Source of the DNA: Candidatus Eiseniibacteriota bacterium
GTDB taxonomy: Bacteria; Eisenbacteria; RBG-16-71-46
Length of the DNA stretch: 38,741 bases
Assembly (NCBI GenBank): GCA_041483195.1
Contig: JBGPFC010000035.1
Location: 1-38,741, forward strand
Direction of reading: 5' to 3'
Position numbers and translations under genes: made by a program. Below are positions 35,512 to 38,741 of this stretch, one piece after another. Under the pieces are notes generated by a model. The model was not told the DNA's origin, ran no database searches, and saw only the letters and a list, made by a program, of their open reading frames with translations. Within the stretch, counting starts at the first letter, position 1. Every line of letters begins with the position of its first letter.

Positions 35512-37107
35512 ATGAAGACGTTCGGTTCATTCGGCCCGGGGCGCGGCAGCTCGCGCGTCCAGGTGCGGCGCATCGGGCCGTTCGGCTCGCTGGTCGCGCT
35601 GATCGGCCTGATCGTGGTGGGAGCGCTGGCCGCGCTCGCGGTGGGCATGGCGCTGCTGCTGCGCTCGCGGCGCACGGCGCGGCGCGGCGCCGTCGATCAT
35701 CAAGGCGACCCGCGCGTGACGCCCGGCGATCAGGCGGCGGCTGCCGATGCCGGCACGAACGCCGCGCCCGGCGCAAACGCCGCGCCCGGCGCGCAGGACG
35801 CGCGTCCGCCGCGGGAGCGCTCGTTCGCCGAGATCATCGAGGCGTGGCCGGTCGTCACGCTGCTCGCCTCCGGTCTCGCGCTCGGCGGCATCGCGCTGCC
35901 CGCGCCGGCCCACGCGAAATGGCTGGTGCCGATGGACGAGCGCCAGACCGATCACCTGCGCGCCTACGGCCTCACCTACTGGGCGCTCGGCCGCGGCGCG
36001 AAGTGCGAGTGGCTGCTCAACTATCGCGGCGGTTCGTTCCTGCTGCCCGACGACGCGCTCACCGAGCGCGAGGCCAACTTGCGCGGCGTCACCATTCAGC
36101 CGATGGGCGGCGCGGACGAGGCCGCGTTGCGCGCCGAGATCGCCGACAACAACATGGAGTCGGTGATCATGGAGAAGGCGCCGAAGATCGCCGTGTACAT
36201 CCCGCCCAACACGCCGCCCTGGGACGACGCGGTGACGCTCGCGCTCAAGTACGCCGACATTCCATACGCGACCGTGTGGGACGAGGAGGTGCTGCGCGGC
36301 GAGCTGGCGAATTACGACTGGCTCCACCTCCACCACGAGGACTTCACCGGCCAGCACGGCAAGTTCTATCAGGCCTATCACAACTTCCCGTGGTACAAGG
36401 AGGAAGAGACCGTGCAGCAGGCGATGGCGCTCAAGCTGGGGTTCAAGAAGGTGACCCAGCTCAAGAGCGCGGTCGCGATCTCGATCAAGGATTACATCGG
36501 GCGCGGCGGGTTCATGTTCGGCATGTGCTCGGCGACCGACACCTACGACATCGCGCTCGCCGCCCAGGGCGTGGACATGGCGGACGCGATCTACGACGGC
36601 GATCCGCCCGACTTGAGCGCGCAGAAGAAGCTCGATTACACGCGCTGCCTGGCGTTCAAGGACTTCCGGATCGAGATGGACCCGCTGCTCTACCGCTTCT
36701 CCGACATCGACGTGACGCCAGAGGCCTCGGCGCGCGGGCCCAACGCGTACTTCACGCTGTTCGATTTCTCAGCCAAGAACGATCCGGTGCCGAGCATGCT
36801 GATCCAGGACCACGTCAACGCGATCCCCGAGTTCCTCGGGCAGAACACGGGATTTCGCCGGCAGCGCATCAAGAGCAACGTGCTGGTGCTCGCCGAGGTC
36901 GAGGGCACCGAGGAGGTGAAGTACCTCCACGGCCAGTTCGGGCGCGGCACGTTCACGTTCCTCGGCGGCCACGATCCCGAGGACTACCAGCACATGGTGG
37001 GCGACCCGCCGACCGATCTCTCGAAATACAAGCACTCGCCCGGATATCGGCTGATCCTCAACAACGTGCTGTTCCCCGCCGCGGAGAAGAAGAAGCAGCG
37101 GACGTAG
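35512..37107 (+). CDS. Conserved exported protein with a class I GATase-like core and an N-terminal membrane extension
   Basis: LVPMD..QTDHLRAYG, WLLNYRGGSF, WDDAVTLAL.YA.IPY, DWLHLHHEDFTGQ.GKFY, GGFMFGMCSATD, GGHDPEDYQH, SPGYRLILNN.LFPAA; GGGAG RBS. Confidence 0.8.
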   Translation: MKTFGSFGPGRGSSRVQVRRIGPFGSLVALIGLIVVGALAALAVGMALLLRSRRTARRGAVDHQGDPRVTPGDQAAAADAGTNAAPGANAAPGAQDARPPRERSFAEIIEAWPVVTLLASGLALGGIALPAPAHAKWLVPMDERQTDHLRAYGLTYWALGRGAKCEWLLNYRGGSFLLPDDALTEREANLRGVTIQPMGGADEAALRAEIADNNMESVIMEKAPKIAVYIPPNTPPWDDAVTLALKYADIPYATVWDEEVLRGELANYDWLHLHHEDFTGQHGKFYQAYHNFPWYKEEETVQQAMALKLGFKKVTQLKSAVAISIKDYIGRGGFMFGMCSATDTYDIALAAQGVDMADAIYDGDPPDLSAQKKLDYTRCLAFKDFRIEMDPLLYRFSDIDVTPEASARGPNAYFTLFDFSAKNDPVPSMLIQDHVNAIPEFLGQNTGFRRQRIKSNVLVLAEVEGTEEVKYLHGQFGRGTFTFLGGHDPEDYQHMVGDPPTDLSKYKHSPGYRLILNNVLFPAAEKKKQRT

Positions 37108-37196
37108 GCGGGGGCGGGGCGAGTTCGCGCTCGTTCGAGCTCACGTGCGCCCCCGCTCGCCGGCTCTCTGGACCGCGGCCTCGCCGAACACCGATG

Positions 37197-37224
37197 ACGG
37201 GTTCGAATCCCGTTGGGGACGCCA
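37197..37224 (+). pseudogene. tRNA-Glu 3' fragment (T arm, acceptor 3' strand, CCA)
   Basis: ACGGG-TTCGAAT-CCCGT-TGGGGAC-G-CCA; the GGGGACGCCA end is typical of bacterial tRNA-Glu; upstream sequence gives no proper D or anticodon arm. Confidence 0.8.
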
Positions 37225-37363
37225 TTGACCTCTGTTGCATCGCAACGAGGCACCGGACGGGAATTCCTTGCTTCGCGATCGCGCGAGCGGGACAATCCGC
37301 GCGCTTCTTCGACCACGTGCGCCCGACCCCGGGCATCGGCCCGCCCTCATGAGGTTCCCTGCG

Positions 37364-38287
37364 ATGCGACGCTCCCTGCCGGTCGTTCTTGCTTCGTTGC
37401 TGCTTCTCGGTTTCGCCTCAGCTTCCTTCGCCGACGACGTCGACGGACTCGATTGCGGCCGCATCGTCGTGGACTATGGCGACGCGCCCGAGGGCATTCC
37501 GTTCATCGGTCCCTTCGGCCCCGTGATCGGTCACTATCCGACCTGTCTCTCGCCCGGCCCGGTGGGAACTCAGGAACTGTTCTGCGCGCCGCGTTCCACG
37601 CCGCCCGGGCCGACCGGCTACATGCGGAACTTCAATTCCGCGCCTTCGCACTACTGGCTCGGTTGCTTCGATCTGCCCGCCATCGGTCTGACGGGCATCG
37701 ACGACGACATCGACGGCAAGGTCGGGCCGCCGGGCGGCCCAAGCGCCTGCTCGGGGGGACCGACGGACGGCGATGTGATCCTTCCGCCCAACAGCTTCTC
37801 CCAGGATGAGAGCTACAACGATGGCGACGCCGGCCTCTATCCCAACCAGATCCTGGTCGCCTGTTTCGGCCAGTCCCTCAACTATCAGACGGCCAACTGT
37901 GGTAACGAGACGACGGCGTATCTGAACGTGCTCGTCGATCTCAACTTCGACGGCGACTGGAACGACAACCTCGACTGCTCGAGTGTGCGGCCCGCGGCGG
38001 GCTGTGTCTATGAGTGGGCGGTGAAGAATCTTGCCATCGCGATCGGCCCGGGCTGCCAGAACCACAGCACCCCGCCGATCTTCGGCGGGCCCATGTCGGG
38101 TCAGAGCTGGGTGCGAATCTCGCTCACCGACGAGCCGGTCGCGGATGACTTCCCGTGGGCCGGGTCTGCCAATCGGCCGGACGGGCAGTACGCGGGTGGC
38201 GAGACCGAGGACTACCTCGTCTACATCACCTTCCCGGACGCGGTGAAGACCAGGACCTGGGGCCAGGTGAAAACGCTTTACCGTTAG
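37364..38287 (+). CDS. Secreted Cys-rich GEVED-domain protein with a C-terminal TWGQVKTLYR motif, 307 aa
   Basis: Signal peptide ending SFA-D, DYGDAP, YLNVLVDLNFDGDWND, WVRISLT, GETEDY. Start may be ATG 37349. Confidence 0.8.
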   Translation: MRRSLPVVLASLLLLGFASASFADDVDGLDCGRIVVDYGDAPEGIPFIGPFGPVIGHYPTCLSPGPVGTQELFCAPRSTPPGPTGYMRNFNSAPSHYWLGCFDLPAIGLTGIDDDIDGKVGPPGGPSACSGGPTDGDVILPPNSFSQDESYNDGDAGLYPNQILVACFGQSLNYQTANCGNETTAYLNVLVDLNFDGDWNDNLDCSSVRPAAGCVYEWAVKNLAIAIGPGCQNHSTPPIFGGPMSGQSWVRISLTDEPVADDFPWAGSANRPDGQYAGGETEDYLVYITFPDAVKTRTWGQVKTLYR

Positions 38288-38316
38288 ATCCGCGGTTGGC
38301 ATCACGCTCTTGCCAC

Positions 38317-38417
38317 TCACGCTAAAGCAGAGCGTACAGCAAGAAGTTGACGCAGCGCGTCCATCTGTCCGAGCCAGATTGCGATCTGGTTCCATCTCGC
38401 GATGGTTGGGGACGCCA
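38317..38417 (-). pseudogene. Possible att-spanning C-terminal remnant of a site-specific recombinase
   Basis: Minus frame reads ASPTIARWNQIAIWLGQMDALRQ...* through the repeat; the left repeat reads ASPTGFEPV in the same register. Confidence 0.4.
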
Positions 38418-38534
38418 CTCGCACCCGCCGTCCGCACCTGTTGGGTGCGACCCGCCGACGGCGACGCCCGACGACTTGTGACCGGCGCCGATCTGGCCGA
38501 TCTTCGCGCCGAGTGGTCGCGGAAGCTCCCACCG

Positions 38535-38741
38535 GTGGGGTCCAATCTGGAACGCATCGCAGCAGTCGTGATCGGAGCCGGACAGGCCGGCCTGTCGGCG
38601 AGCCATGAACTGGCCGGGCGCGGCATCGAGCACGTCGTGCTCGAACGTGGCGCGCTCGGTGACACGTGGCGCACGCGGCGGTGGCGCTCGTTCCACATCG
38701 TGAGTCCGAACTCGCTGAACCTGCTTCCGGGTTACGAGTAC
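38535..38741 (+). CDS. FAD-dependent oxidoreductase / flavin monooxygenase (CzcO-like), 3'-truncated by the window end
   Basis: MGSNLERIAAVVIGAGQAGLSASHEL...VVLERG..GDTWR..RWRSF...PN....LPG; absent from the ORF track because it has no stop. Confidence 0.85.
   Translation, partial: MGSNLERIAAVVIGAGQAGLSASHELAGRGIEHVVLERGALGDTWRTRRWRSFHIVSPNSLNLLPGYEY

Larger units (their letters stand above)
37212..38417. mobile_element. Integrase-less mini-island bounded by 13-bp tRNA-Glu direct repeats
   Basis: GTTGGGGACGCCA at 37212-37224 and again at 38405-38417, with one cargo gene between. Confidence 0.65.

Noticed and set aside
35512..37107. Calling this gene asparagine synthetase B, a label I recall for homologues
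   Set aside because: No N-terminal Cys Ntn domain and no SGGxDS ATP motif.
37149..37224. Full-length 76-nt tRNA (GCCCCCG could pair with TGGGGAC)
   Set aside because: No U8, D-loop or 7-nt anticodon loop; GCCCCCG is better explained as an arm of the 37108-37156 hairpin.
38283..38315. GTTAGAT integron core and TGGCA..TTGC sigma54-like motif
   Set aside because: GTTAGAT is just the stop-codon context with no inverse core; the GG-GC spacing is 12 rather than 10.
1..38741. CRISPR array, rRNA, intact tRNA, prophage genes
   Set aside because: No regularly spaced repeats or diagnostic motifs seen.

Overview
High-GC bacterial chromosomal segment. The C-terminal TWGxxKxLYR motif and the gene content suggest the FCB superphylum, possibly Ca. 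Eisenbacteria; this is inference only. Left to right: (1) a complete IS1380-family element that truncates an AT-richer Ser/Thr kinase gene with an integron-like core site upstream; (2) a TrxR-type FNR-korA-korB operon; (3) a PAS/GAF hybrid histidine kinase followed by an NTase-fold/TPM/LemA cluster; (4) a translationally coupled three-gene chemosensory-like operon whose MCP tip, CheA His/ATP box and HD-GYP residues all look lost; (5) an intergenic region with three sigma54-type promoters and a monocistronic unknown gene; (6) an OMP-guaB-arnT-like-asnB-like-isochorismatase run; (7) a candidate sigma54-driven C-rich small RNA; (8) secDF, a lipoprotein, DUF4159, a DUF4175-like gene, a TPR gene and a GATase-like gene; (9) a tRNA-Glu 3' fragment whose last 13 bp recur 1.19 kb later, bracketing one secreted GEVED-type gene with no integrase; (10) a truncated flavoprotein gene. 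The best candidates for new biology are the pseudo-chemosensory operon, two mutually similar C-rich sRNA candidates behind sigma54 motifs, and the integrase-less tRNA-Glu mini-island. All calls come from reading motifs by eye; no searches were run.
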